This document shows, piece after piece, positions 39,701 through 51,100 of a stretch of DNA of 64,000 bases. The notes beneath the pieces were generated by a model, which was not told the origin of the DNA, made no database searches, and saw nothing but the letters and a program-made list of their open reading frames with translations. The stretch lies in assembly GCF_001949145.1 (NCBI RefSeq), contig NW_019091360.1, positions 1,485,599 through 1,549,598 of the forward strand, written 5' to 3'. Within the stretch, counting starts at the first letter, position 1, and every line of letters begins with the position of its first letter. The position numbers and the translations under genes were made by a program. This DNA is from Acanthaster planci. Taxonomy: Eukaryota.

Positions 39701-42700
39701 ATGAGAAACCACTTACATGAATGTCTTCGTGTCTGGATTGTAGGCAAGCATCTCTCCATCCAGGATACAGTTACGAACATTCCTGAAAAAGTTATAACAA
39801 TCGTGACAAATGAACTTTCTGAAAAAAACAAAACAAAACTAGTGAAGTCAATTACTGAGGAAGATTGTGATTCGAACTCTACTTAGGAACTTCGGTACCT
39901 TTTGAAGCAGTTTGTTATGTAGGGAGTGAGGCTGCCATCATCTGGAGTCTCACCAAACGATCGAGAGTAGTCATGTGATCTGTAACGATCCCAAAACACA
40001 CAAGGGTTTGCATAAAATCACATCTGCCCAAAAAGTTGTCTGAAATATTAACAGGGGGTTATGGGTTTGAGTCTAACATATGTGACCTTGTTGGGTCTTT
40101 TTCTTAAAATGGACACTTTCTGTGACAAAGCGGCAAGAAAATGACCAATCAAAACGATGCTTTCTCCAGACAGTACCGTCTTGAGAAGTATTTGTAGTCA
40201 TTTCCTTCCTTATGCAGCTGCATCCTCTCTCCATCCAGCTTCGTCTCGATGTAGAAGGGCTTGTGCTCCATCAACTTCTCGACCTGCCGCAAGAGTACAC
40301 AACAAGTTTGATGCAAAATGCAGCAAAAATGCTGTAGACGAGAATCTCTGAAGACCTCCACAAGACCATCACAAGACCAACACCAGATTTCCTGTCTGAA
40401 TTCAAGTCACAAGCTATTCAAATCAGCTGCAACAAAAGCACTCCTTTGTCATTGTTCACCCTGTCAATAAACCATTTGCAACGTAAATTTGAATAGAATC
40501 TGGTACACCGAGTTTAATTCACGTGAACATAACATTTTGGTTGAAATGATAAAACAGCTTTCTGGGCAGTTTGCAAGGGTATGCTGCTGTGGCAAATTAC
40601 TTCATAAGTTGCCTCAGATTAACGACATGCACCAAGTTCCAATGATCTCCACTGATGAAAATCTCACTTGGAATAAATACCCTAGACAGTCGGGTGCCAT
40701 TACCTGGTTGAGATTTGCCCTCATGCCCAGCATGGGGCTGAACGCTGAGAAGACAGAGATTCCGACTTCGTTCATCCGCACACTGGGGTCCCTCAAGTCA
40801 GCACAAAGCTGCCACAAATGCAAACAGATGGCTAATAAATGGTATTGTGACAGATTAACAAACATGGGTTGCGGTGACGAAGGATACCCAGTTATTGATT
40901 GGAAGGTTTCATCAATCCCAATACATGTCTATAAGGTGTATCAATAAATTTAGGCACCATTTCAAAATTCTTATCAGGTAGGTGTCAGACAGAACCGTCC
41001 GACCGATACATTTAGTATCAGTTGGCTATCAGGTTAAGTGTTCTCAAGTGGCCAATTCTAACTGATAAATGCATTGCATTACTCCCAAGGCTATGTGGTT
41101 TCAATGGAGCAACACCCCCCTCCATTATTCACTCAATGCAAGTCACTGTTATTATTTATTTATCGGTTGGATGGCCCTGTCCTATAGTCAACCGATGGGA
41201 ATTTTGAAAAGATGCCTTAGAATTAAACCTATCCAGAATGACTTTTTTGGAAGATCAGACAGCAGCTGATGGAAAAATATCAGCAAATAATTCTTTAAAA
41301 GTGAAAAGAGGCTGTTGATGAGGAAATAACAAAAAAGACTTGCCAATGCAAAGCAAACTGGCATCTTGGCATGGTCAAGTGATATCCACCAAGGTTGAGA
41401 TGTGCCAAACTTTTGTGAATGCATGACTTCATGTTTGTGTTCACTTTAGAACCAGTCTGAATAGTTCCTGACCCTTAAATTGGTCATTAATCCATTAAAA
41501 TACTACGACACAAGGTTCAGGGTTTGGGTGGGTTTTGGAGGTTTAGGGTGAACCATTTCAGCAGAGGAAGTTACCTTGGACAAGTTGTTTGTGACATTAA
41601 AAAAGTCTTCAGCATCAGGATGGAAAGCATGGAATATGGACACTTGGCTCAGTCCAGACTTCATGTCCTACCAACAAAACAATTATTCATAAAATAAAAA
41701 ATCAAAAGCCACAGGCTTAAGCTCTTCCGCTTTTCTCTTCGGAAGAGCTCTTTTGTGACTGACAGTTAAATTCACAGAAAAAGCACTGCTATCCGCATTG
41801 ACTATGCTGATCTGCAAATTCGACACAAGCTGGTAAGAAAGTCTCAAATTCGCAAAGGGGAAGGGTTCACACGTGAAGAACGTACATTTCAACAGAAGTC
41901 AGTCACACGTTCTCAGTGTGTCCCATGCCAATGAGTGTGGCTCGGTGATCAGGTGAATTTCAACGACTGGAAAAGTTTGCAACTAATTTTACACCCTGGA
42001 GCTCTTCCACACATGGAACCTGTAAGCTTAATCGTTCATATTTACTTCTTTCATTAGTATGACCGTCTCTCTGTCAGCCACATTAATATCACTGACAACT
42101 TGCGGTGCCCGCTGCGGCACTGGATTTGCCAGCCAGCCACTCAGTCTCGATAAACTTGGCGGTCGAGTGGTTAAGAAATCTTCACTAGTAAGCAGGACGA
42201 TGTGGGTCCGAATCCCACCCGCGCAAGCCGATGGTTATATCACCACTCTCAAACCACACTGAGAATACTGTGCAAAGATATAAAGTCGGTGTTATGGGTA
42301 AACCCGAATATGAAACTGTCTGTCTGTTGGTCGAGATGTCTGGCTCTGTTTATGTCAATGTACATCCATCTGTTTGTCCATCATTTAGCTAGGCCATCTC
42401 TCTGTCTTTACCTTCATGATCATTCTGACAAGCCATTTTTGCTCGAGGGCGCTAGTGTTCCGTAAGAGGTGCATGAGGTTCTTCTTGACTACGTCTTTCT
42501 TCTTTGCGGCGTTGCTGGCCGCTATGCCATCCAGGCAGGTGTTGACGTCCTGAATGCTCAAACTGAAGCAGAGAAAAAAAGTTTCCAAGACATTCTACGA
42601 TGACCCTCACTTCATCTGCATTTTTGCTAGGAACTTTCCCGAAGCCTTCAAGCAAGGATGCATTCTTCAAAACCTCCTGAGAATCTGGGAGCATTAGAAT

Positions 42701-45700
42701 TAATCATTCACAAGTATTAACAAAACCTGTAAGAACATACAAGTCCTGTTAACAGGCTGAGACAGAATAAAGCAACAATGTTTCAAGCTTACCTTCCTTT
42801 CTCAGGGCACCTGTTCCTTAGGACAAAGTACGCGACACTGGCAAAGTCCCCAGCTTCCTAAGAGACACATGCAGAGACAACAAAACTGAATCAGTTGGAT
42901 GCCTTCTGGAAAAGACAAATTGTTACAAATTGATTTCTGCCTGACCTTCATAAGTGCATTCCACCTGTCCGTGAGAAAAGAAATCCTAAAGTAGAGCTCC
43001 ATCAGAATCAGCCGTCCTGTGGCTAAGGTTACAGACTTTTCCACAGACACACTGCACTGACAAGCTCAGCCATAAGCAATGCCTATAAGCCTTCTCAAAC
43101 AAACGGCTAAGGCTGTAGATTTTGCCACTGCAATAACGAGCTGTATAGTCATAAACAACAACGCCATTTCGGACAAAGCCCACGCACAAGCAAACCCACA
43201 GTTTGTGTCACTGATGGTTCTGAAACTCAAAGCTTTCATTGTCCAAAACACCATGGCATAAATTTGTAGAAAATGGGTACAAACAAGCAATGATTTGTTT
43301 TAAAACAGCTCCCTCGACCAGGTTGTGACTTAACTCCACAGTGGATAACTTGTAAATGGCTTTCTTAACTAACTTCTAGGATTGGATATTTGACGACCCA
43401 GGTTGCAAGAGATAATTTTCAGGCATTTGAAGCAAATTTATACGCACAAAACTTCAGCCTACCTGCTTTGCGGTCGGCGCCCTGTAGTTGAGCAGCTTCT
43501 TGGCATCAGTGCTTTCTTTGGCCAAACCGAGGATTTCAATGTAGAGCTTGGCCAGGGTATGCTGTGACAAGACACGATAGATCAGTGGCTAACTTTATAC
43601 GCCTTGGTCATTGGGACAATTTTGATATCATTTAGATGACGAAATGATTAAATAACTTAACTTGCTATTTAATTGGAAGAGTGCGGACAAGTTAAACTGA
43701 TGCAAGGATAGGAACACTTATGAGTGAAATGGTAAGAATATATTCATAAGGTGACTGGTGATAGTTCCATGTGCTGAGGGGAAGGGAAGCTCAGTGAAAA
43801 GACAAATAAAAATCTGAATATTCCACTGCACGAATGGGATATTTTTATTAGTATTTTGTTATACAATGTCGGAATAAAACCTGTATAAATCCCTAAATTA
43901 ACAGCGGTCTCAAGAGTTTTTGTGGCCATGCATAAGAATTTCCCTCCCATATCCTTTAAAATCCATGAGATTTTGTTCAGGATTTTGTGGGATTTGAGGA
44001 AGAATGCAGGCCACCCCTATGGATGCTGCTTGGTGGCCCTTTGAAAGTTAAAGAACAAAGAAAGGGCAGCTGGATTCCAGTGCCGTGGCAGACTTTGAGG
44101 GATCATCTGGGTAGCCTAGAGAAAAAAAAAAAATGTCTTGGAAGTAACCACTGGGCAACGGACCTGTAACGCAGCCATTGTCTGTGATGCTTTCCTCCAA
44201 GGGCCGGAGGAGAAAGTGACAGGGATTAGGCTTGGAACAGGCCAGGGGAGGGGTGGGTGAGGTCTGGGCGGGAGAGAACAGGGGCATCTTGCTCAGCTCA
44301 TCCTACCTCCTTGATCCCGTAGGCAACCCTTTCTCTCTCCAGTTGGGGTAGGAGAAGCCTCAAGACGGGGTAGAAGTTGTCTTTCTGTTAACAAATATAT
44401 ATTGGCACCGTTGAATTACAGATAAGCTAAGGTACTGGACAACTTATACATGTAAATACTTTAATGTTTTTATTATGATTAATTCATAAATACTTCAGAC
44501 AGTCCCTCTACTCAACAATGTGTAACTTGACCTTGTATTAACATTAAATTTTGATTATGTCCGCTGAGAAGTGATAACGCCCGCTGTGTAAATGACGCCC
44601 TGGTACCTGGATGCGAGGTAGTAATCGATTGTGATTGGTCAAGCGGCTCGCCACGCGCATATCAAGTCCAAACAAGGAGATTCTTTTAGACAACTTGCAC
44701 AAGGAATATACCATAAAATGGACGGGGACGTTCAGGTTTATGAAAATTAAATGCTGAACAAAATAATTGGAAATCCATCATATACTGACTTCTTTTGACT
44801 CTCTGACTAAAAAAGGAATTCGTGAATGGGAATAAGAACATGTATGTGTTTAGCTGGTCTTAAACTGATAATGCCCGAGCCGCAGGCGAGGGCATAAGTT
44901 GCGTCCAGTCTCCTGAGCTGGCCAAGCACAGATTTATTCCCTTAATAAATAATATGCAAAGTGAATAACACCAATGGACGGTTTTTCTACAGCACATTTC
45001 AGGCAAGGTCTCAATGCCCTGACATACCTATCCCTGCTCGTCAGGCATGTGATAATTCTTATAAACAATCTCAGCTCCCTGGGAAGTATACAGCTCAGTC
45101 ACTGCGCAGCCACGTCAAACACTAAGTGACCAATCAATCACAATGACCATCTCTGCCCAGGTACCCCATTTGCTCCTAGGTGGATAGTGGCACACAGGTA
45201 CTAAAGTGACTCGCCCAATGTAACAACATGAAACCACATGTTGGATTCGCACCCCCGACCCCATGTTAAGAGTTACAAACCCTAACCACTAGGTCATGTG
45301 TCCAACGAAGTTATCAGGCCTGACATTACAATCCAAATTGGAGTAAATTTTGGACTGTCTGTGTCTTTCCAAACCGTAGGGGGTTGTCTCTAAGAAGGTA
45401 CGGTCACAGAGTGTAATAAGAGTGCATTTGCGATAAAAGAAAGACCATCACAGTAACGAATGACAACATTGGTCCAGGAAAAACATATGAAAGTCCACCA
45501 CAGCAAAAATTTCACGCAGCTGCATGGACTTTTTGTTCTACCCATTTTGGGGGTTGTGGAATGCATGTATGGATACAACAGCTAGTCACATGGACAAAAA
45601 ATCCAATATAAAATTTACACCCTACCAGAATCTTTGTGGATATGTAGGGCGTGGTCGGCCAATAAGCACAATCTTGAGATTACTTTGCATTATTGGTCGA

Positions 45701-46143
45701 TCCTGTATGATATCTCCGACTTTACTTTCCTTTTTTGAAAGTAATCTTCCGCAATCATGAAACAGACAGCTATCATCCGAAGGTGCAATTGTTGACAGAT
45801 GATATAGCGAGATCGACCGTTTGTGCAGAGATGAAGCGATCGCCCAGCATGACTGTGTGGTTGACAGATCATACAGTGAGACTGACCGTTTGTGCAGAGA
45901 TGAAGCAATCGCCCAGCATGACTGTATGGTTTCACGTACCGTATCTAGATTATTCTTGTGCAGCTGTTTGTGAAATTCGCGCCACTTCTCAAGAAACTCA
46001 CGAAACATCTGTCTCTTGCCGTCTGTGCCGTGCTTCTTTTGGACTTTTTCCAGGAAGCCAGCAAGCTCAGCAAACGGGATGCGACTGGCCACCGTAACTG
46101 AGTCAGCAGTCGATGTCGACGGCAAATCGCCAGCATCTGACAT
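27720..46143 (-). CDS. LIG4: DNA ligase 4 (NHEJ ligase: DBD, adenylation, OB-fold, tandem BRCT), 925 aa from 26 coding exons
   Basis: Exons in order: 45940-46143, 44307-44384 ([16 protein letters not shown]), 43463-43561, 42793-42857, 42412-42562, 41575-41667, 40704-40808, 40177-40283 (catalytic ETKLDGER), 39899-39979, 39717-39782 (CILDGEM), 39356-39402, 38885-38981 (VFDIL), 38025-38084, 37716-37816 (EEGIMIK), 36277-36368 (WLKIKPEY), 34820-34915, 34580-34690 (VGSGY), 33616-33695, 32960-33065 (TLRFPR, GC donor), 32168-32317 (KKRK NLS), 31207-31385 (BRCT1), 30585-30633, 30169-30330 (YDRHGDSY), 28749-28886, 28010-28119, 27720-27870 (BRCT2, stop). They sum to 2778 nt in an uninterrupted frame. 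Confidence 0.97.
29359..29575. repeat. Imperfect tandem duplication of a ~115-bp unit in a LIG4 intron
   Basis: 'aagaatttgtg...ctcagtgtctag.ttacaacttgc...tgctaaccaaatgcttgc' occurs twice. Confidence 0.85.
30850..31106 (+). mobile_element. ~265-bp Harbinger/Tourist-like MITE, copy 1 (left TIR truncated)
   Basis: Near-identical to 40953-41216 and the reverse complement of 34978-35245. Confidence 0.85.
33314..33575. repeat. 11-bp tandem repeat (CAGTGTTGTRG), ~23 copies
   Basis: Directly visible array. It generates the spurious [13 protein letters not shown]s. Confidence 0.95.
34300..34540. mobile_element. MITE with ~40-bp TIRs (GGGCCAATTTCATAGAGCTGC..AAGCACAAAATTTGC), flanked by CWG
   Basis: Left 'gggccaatttcatagagctgcctaagcacaaaatttgc', right 'gcaaattttgtgcttaagcagctctatgaagttggccc'. 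Flanks are CAG and CTG. Confidence 0.8.
34978..35245 (-). mobile_element. ~265-bp Harbinger/Tourist-like MITE, copy 2 (inverted), TTA TSD
   Basis: TIR GGCAYCATTTCAAAATTC at both ends. TTA at 34975-34977 and 35246-35248. Confidence 0.88.
37096..37381. mobile_element. Palindromic MITE; partial related copy at ~8553-8640
   Basis: 'aacatcaacgaacatggcgtcctcccatag' pairs with 'ctatgggaggaggccacgtttgttgacgtt'. Termini are taggccgattgtgccc and gggcacaaatggtcta. Confidence 0.7.
40953..41216 (+). mobile_element. ~265-bp Harbinger/Tourist-like MITE, copy 3, TTA TSD
   Basis: ggcaccatttcaaaattc ... gaattttgaaaagatgcc, flanked by TTA on both sides. Confidence 0.88.
42156..42330 (+). mobile_element. tRNA-derived SINE with a (CTGT)n tail
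   Basis: A-box-like TGGCGGTCGAGTGG and B-box-like GGTCCGAATCCC, followed by an unrelated body and a ctgtctgtctgt tail. There is no complete cloverleaf. Confidence 0.6.
44800..44945. repeat. Dispersed repeat with the short GC-rich stem-loop GCCCGAGCCGCAGGCGAGGGC (Helitron/HINE-like remnant); inverted relative at ~57075-57200
   Basis: 'ctgataatgcccgagccgcaggcgagggcataagttg' matches the reverse complement of 'caacttacgccctcgcctgaagctcgagcattatcag' at 57114-57150. Confidence 0.5.
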
Positions 46144-47807
46144 TCTTCCAGTGTTGTGGACCTGGATTTGGCAAGGATTCAATGTTAATTTTGGACCAAT
46201 AACAGTTGAGATATCAAATTACAATACATGCTGATGAGAACATTACACAACATATTTTTCAACAAGTGGCTGTGGTCCTTAGGGTATGGGAGAAGTCCAA
46301 TGTTTCAGCCCAACTGGTAAAGGCCTTGGGTACTCTCAATGTCAGCTGTGTGACAGCTTGGCCAATCGCAACACAGCTCTTGTCTTTTCCTTTTCGTTTT
46401 CCTGACCCCATCAAAAAGAAAGCAAAGCTATGATTGGTCATTGGAATGGAAGCAAATTGGGCCAATCACACTGCGGCTTTCATCTGTGGGTGACAGGAAA
46501 ACAAATAGAAAAAGATAGGAGCAGCGTTGTAGGACATTAGGACATGTTAGAAGATATAAACTATGTGACATCACACCTTGTGACTGTATACTCGCCAGGT
46601 CCCTTATTTTGCCACTTACTGTGAAATCCAATCAGACTTGACAATAGGTGGCAAACATAGGGACTTGGCGACTTTATGGTCACTGACGTTATACCTTCCT
46701 CCATGGTTTAAATGTGCTCTTTCCTTGGAGGTAGTGGAGGTCAGCTAAGAGTGGAATAAAACCTCCACCATATCCACAAGTCACACTGAGCACCATAGCT
46801 ATACGCATAAATGAGTGAGGGCGCTGTTCAGTCAAGAATTCATTCATTGTTATTTTCTTAATTAGGAAACTGTGATTAAAATTTGTGTTTTTCCCCCATG
46901 CTGTGCCTCCTCTATTTAATTCCCAATTTCAAAAATTTTGAAATTTCAAGTGAAGCCAGCATTTAACTCATTGAAATAATGCATGAATAAGAACAAACCT
47001 TTTAGAATTTTAAGCTTTTAAGCGAAAAAACAACACTCATTTTTGTGTAGGCCTACAAAAAAACTCACAGTTGGCTCTGCATTACACATGTATGAAAAAT
47101 TCCTCAAACATCTAAATATCCCTGCTTCTAAGTCATTATTTCTTTGCTTTGCAGAGTCCGATGGAATCTAAACTTTAGGGGCCTAGATCAAATGTTTCCT
47201 TAGGCTAATTATCCTCTCCATCATAAAGAAAACAGACAAAACTATGAGCTACCATAGCTAGCCTAGGAAAGCACACACATCTTCACTTCACTTTATTTTT
47301 TTCCATGTAATATAAAAGATAGTAATGGTACATATTCAGTTGATGGATGGAAACCCCCAAGAAGCATTGCTTGTCCAGTGGAGGACCCATAGACACTTAA
47401 GACAATGCTACAAAAAACTACAAACATTATTACTAGCCTAGTTGACTAAAAAATAATGATGTGCAAAAATAATATGCAAACAGTAACATGCAGGCTGTGA
47501 CCCTGTGGTACATGACTTAATTGTTATATAAATAGTTATTTAATAATACATATTTATATTTACGCTTAAACATAGAGGAACTGGCAATTTTTTTCGATGA
47601 ATTGTCAATTGAGCTCCACAGCTTTGGCCCCTCATGTTTTACAGTAGCTTTAGAAAATGCAGTCCGGGCATGAGACCTGTGAAATTCATGACATTGTCGT
47701 GTAAAATAATTGTCGTTTCAATCATCAATACAGCGGTCTACTATTCACTATTCTACTCGTAAAAGCAGGTGCATTCGCAAAACATTTTGGGCACAAACAA
47801 AGTTTAC

Positions 47808-48100
47808 CTAGCTTTTGAAGGGACACCGATTACCCAAGATATCTGGACAGGAGGAAGACGAGTTGAGACAAACCAAACAGGCCGCGATGGGCGCAACCAT
47901 TAATGTGCGTCTACAGCGCCCTCACTTGTTGAAACTTCTGTGTCCATTCGAACATGTCACGAGCATTCTCACCGTAGCACGTTCCAACCATCCCATCCAC
48001 GATTCTGCACGGAAATTTTGGCGGAAACTGAAATGTATTCCTCCCGAGAATGAATTTGTAAAGTTTCATTCAGCTACTGAGAGCTTCTAGTTTCAACAGG
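47808..48100. promoter_or_regulatory. Probable bidirectional promoter shared by LIG4 (non-coding first exon with a donor at ~47807) and MALSU1
   Basis: Head-to-head genes. A minus-strand donor (CTAG|GTAAAC) lies at 47808/47807 and an acceptor (TCCAG|) about 18 nt before the LIG4 ATG. The interval is CpG-enriched and has GCGGAAA/CGGAAAT ETS/E2F-like motifs at ~48010-48028. Confidence 0.55.
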
Positions 48101-51100
48101 ATGTCGGCACGGTATATAACAGGCGTCACAAGACAAATAGCTGAGCAGTGTAAACAGCTGACCAGGCGACCTTGCCGTGCACATTTCCAACCATGCGCAT
48201 GCCGGACTTCGTCTCATTTCTTGCGCTACTTTCCACGCAAATTTGAGCATTTGGCGGGGACAGTGCAAGGCGAAAAGGGAATATTTTTTATATCTAAACC
48301 AAAGTTTCACTTGTCGTCTTCATATCTCTTACATCACCGGCGGTTGTCATCAAATCCTTCGAGTGCTGGCGAAGATTTGGAGGAGGCGGGCAGTGCGGAT
48401 GAATGGAGTCATCCGTCATATCGAACTGAAGATGTCTTAAATCAGGACCCAGAGTTGCGCTCTCTCCTCTGTGAGATTGCATCAGATTTTGGAAAGTCCC
48501 AAGCAGTGCTTACTGATTCTAATTCAGTTGGAACTTGTGAGAATGAGTCGTTGACAAATCAGCTTGAAAAAAGCAGTGAAGGTGCTGACAAAGATGCAAA
48601 TGAAGGCATTGTTTCCACAACAACCGAGCACGAGAGTCAAACAGAGTTGAACTTGAAGGGTGGAGTGGAATTATCTCCCGTGGAAGCTTCAAGGAATGCT
48701 AGTAAAAGTGGGCTTTCTTTGAAAATTCATTATATCATTTTGTCAGAAATGCTCTTGTCTGATTGTATCCTAAACATGTGTAATGAACCATTGCGATATT
48801 TCAATATTGGAAGGATATTTTAAGAACAAAGAACCTGATGTCAGCCTCATGCCACATGCAACACGTTCAGTATGTTTGAGTTGGCATGATGGCAGGTTAT
48901 CCTGATAGGGCCAACATTGCAGACGTATGTTAATATTCTCAAATAACCTACGGTACGGTACGTGGACACTGCATTTTGAGTAGACGCTCTCTGAATGCTA
49001 AACTCATGCTTGTAATTTTTATGTGTATTTTGGGGCCAGTTAGCAGAGACATAATTTAAAGAATAAATCTTTTTTTGATTACGATTCAGACTGAGAGCTG
49101 TTATTAAGTCAACACAAGTTCACCTCCAGTGAAACCTAGTTTCTTATCATTCACCCGTTGGAGGACTTAGGATTTTTAGGGTTAAATCAAAAGAACTGTG
49201 CATCAGCTGTTCAAGTTGTGACAATACCAGCCAGTGGACATCTGACTGGTAATGAATGTGGGGTTGACGCAGTAACAGACAACTTCTGACATTTAGCAAA
49301 GACAATAGTCCATTTTGTCTCAGTCTCGTGTGAAGATTAAGCAAGGTATGGCATGAAATCGAATCCTGATACTTTTATGATAGCACTGTATCCAAACTAC
49401 CCCTGTTCTATCTTTTCTCAAACCATTCATTTTGATAACAAAATGTTTGCTATTTCCTTGAAGTATCCACCAGCCTTGTTAATTAAATCTTGTAAAACCT
49501 TGAGGTAGACCTCATTTTACTGCTTGTTTATTTTGTTTATTTTTCCCTTACTCGACAGGAAAAGCATCATACGTTTTCAGCGTCGATGAGATCGTGGGCG
49601 TCTTACGCGAAGAAAATGCACAAGACATCTGCGTCATTAGGGTACCGCCGGAGAAAAACTACGTGGACTACTTTGTTGTGGTAACGGGGAGGTCTGCACG
49701 CCATCTCAGTGCAATGACGCAGCACATCAATAAACTGGTACGGAGACTAATCACAGCCTTAGCTTAAGGCCAAGTTCAAAAATATTCATGTTAGCATCTG
49801 GGTCATTGGTAACAAAGAAGGGGGCTTTATATTTTTTATAGACGAAGCAAGTGAGCTTTCACTGGGCGTTTCACATGGCCCCCTTTAATGGTTGACAGCA
49901 GTGAGTCAAGTTTTGTACGGAGTGACTTTAATGGAACAGTGGCTCTGTACAATAGTTAGCAAAATAACCTGTGATGGCGTCTACCGTGGCATTGTCTATT
50001 TTCAAGATTGCTGCCATTCTTTTTGAAATTCCCGACAACCACTGTAGTTTCATGCTTTCAAAGACACAAGAAATGAAAGAAACATGTAAGATAAGTTAGG
50101 CATTTTGTACAGTGGTCTGGATAGTTTGTTAAGCATGTTAAATTGTGGCAAGGTTTCATGAGACTGAGAATTTAGAAACATAGCCACTTCCGTAGAGATA
50201 TAAACCATTTTACCTACAACTTATACTGGCCACCAATGTTTGCAAAACAAAACACCCTTTGGTTGGCTCTTGAGTTTGCCTGAAAGTCCTCAAATGTACA
50301 TTTTTCTTGTTCATTTTTAAAGAGGCTTGTATTTTCATTTACTATCCGGTAGATACATGGATTATTATCTGGTATTTTGATGGTTGCTTTGGATTTTAAA
50401 GTGCAGCTGCATTGACTTTTTCTTCGACTCAATTTTTCTGCATCTTTGTACTTTTCTTCAATGTATGAAAACTCTTCCACACTCTTATTTGGTTCAATGA
50501 ATTGAAAAGTGTACACTTTTAAACAATCAAAATTATCCATGTTTTCCCGGACAACTGAGGGCGCTGTTGCTGTGAAGTCATCTGAGGAAGACATGGTTTA
50601 ATGCATAGGTATTTCTGTAGAAATTGTGAACCCAGAATTTATCAACTGAGAGAGGAACTGATAGTTTCCTATTGCTATGCTCAGTCCATGAAAATCCGCA
50701 AGAACGCAGGGCTTGTTGTGTACAAACCTATGTAACATGGAGGCTTCTTCCTAAGATGACATCACAGTTTTGCTCATGAATATGGAAATATCATTAGCAT
50801 AAAAACAAAAAAGGCATTAAAATACCCATTCAAAGAGTGAAACCAAAGCTGAAAATAAGATTTACTGAGGCACAAAGGTGCATTTTACAGGTTTGTAATC
50901 AAAAACATTGATTGCAGCTACAACACTGTGATACTTTTTCTTCTACTTTTGCGTTGATGGCCATAATTCACATGTGTAGGGTCGGCTCTTTTTATGACGC
51001 AGTTATGTTTTTCCTTTAAGGGGCTGCTAAAATTATGTTTTAGCAGCCCCTTAGAGGAAAAACATAAAAATAAAAAGAGCCGACCCTACACATGTGAATT

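Noticed and set aside
42156..42230. Possible tRNA gene
   Set aside because: A and B boxes are present, but there is no proper acceptor or anticodon stem, and it continues into a SINE body and simple-repeat tail.
50214..50594. 126-aa antisense ORF nested in MALSU1 intron 2
   Set aside because: Its start lies inside the old dispersed repeat. It is AT-rich and has no recognisable domain or supporting exons.
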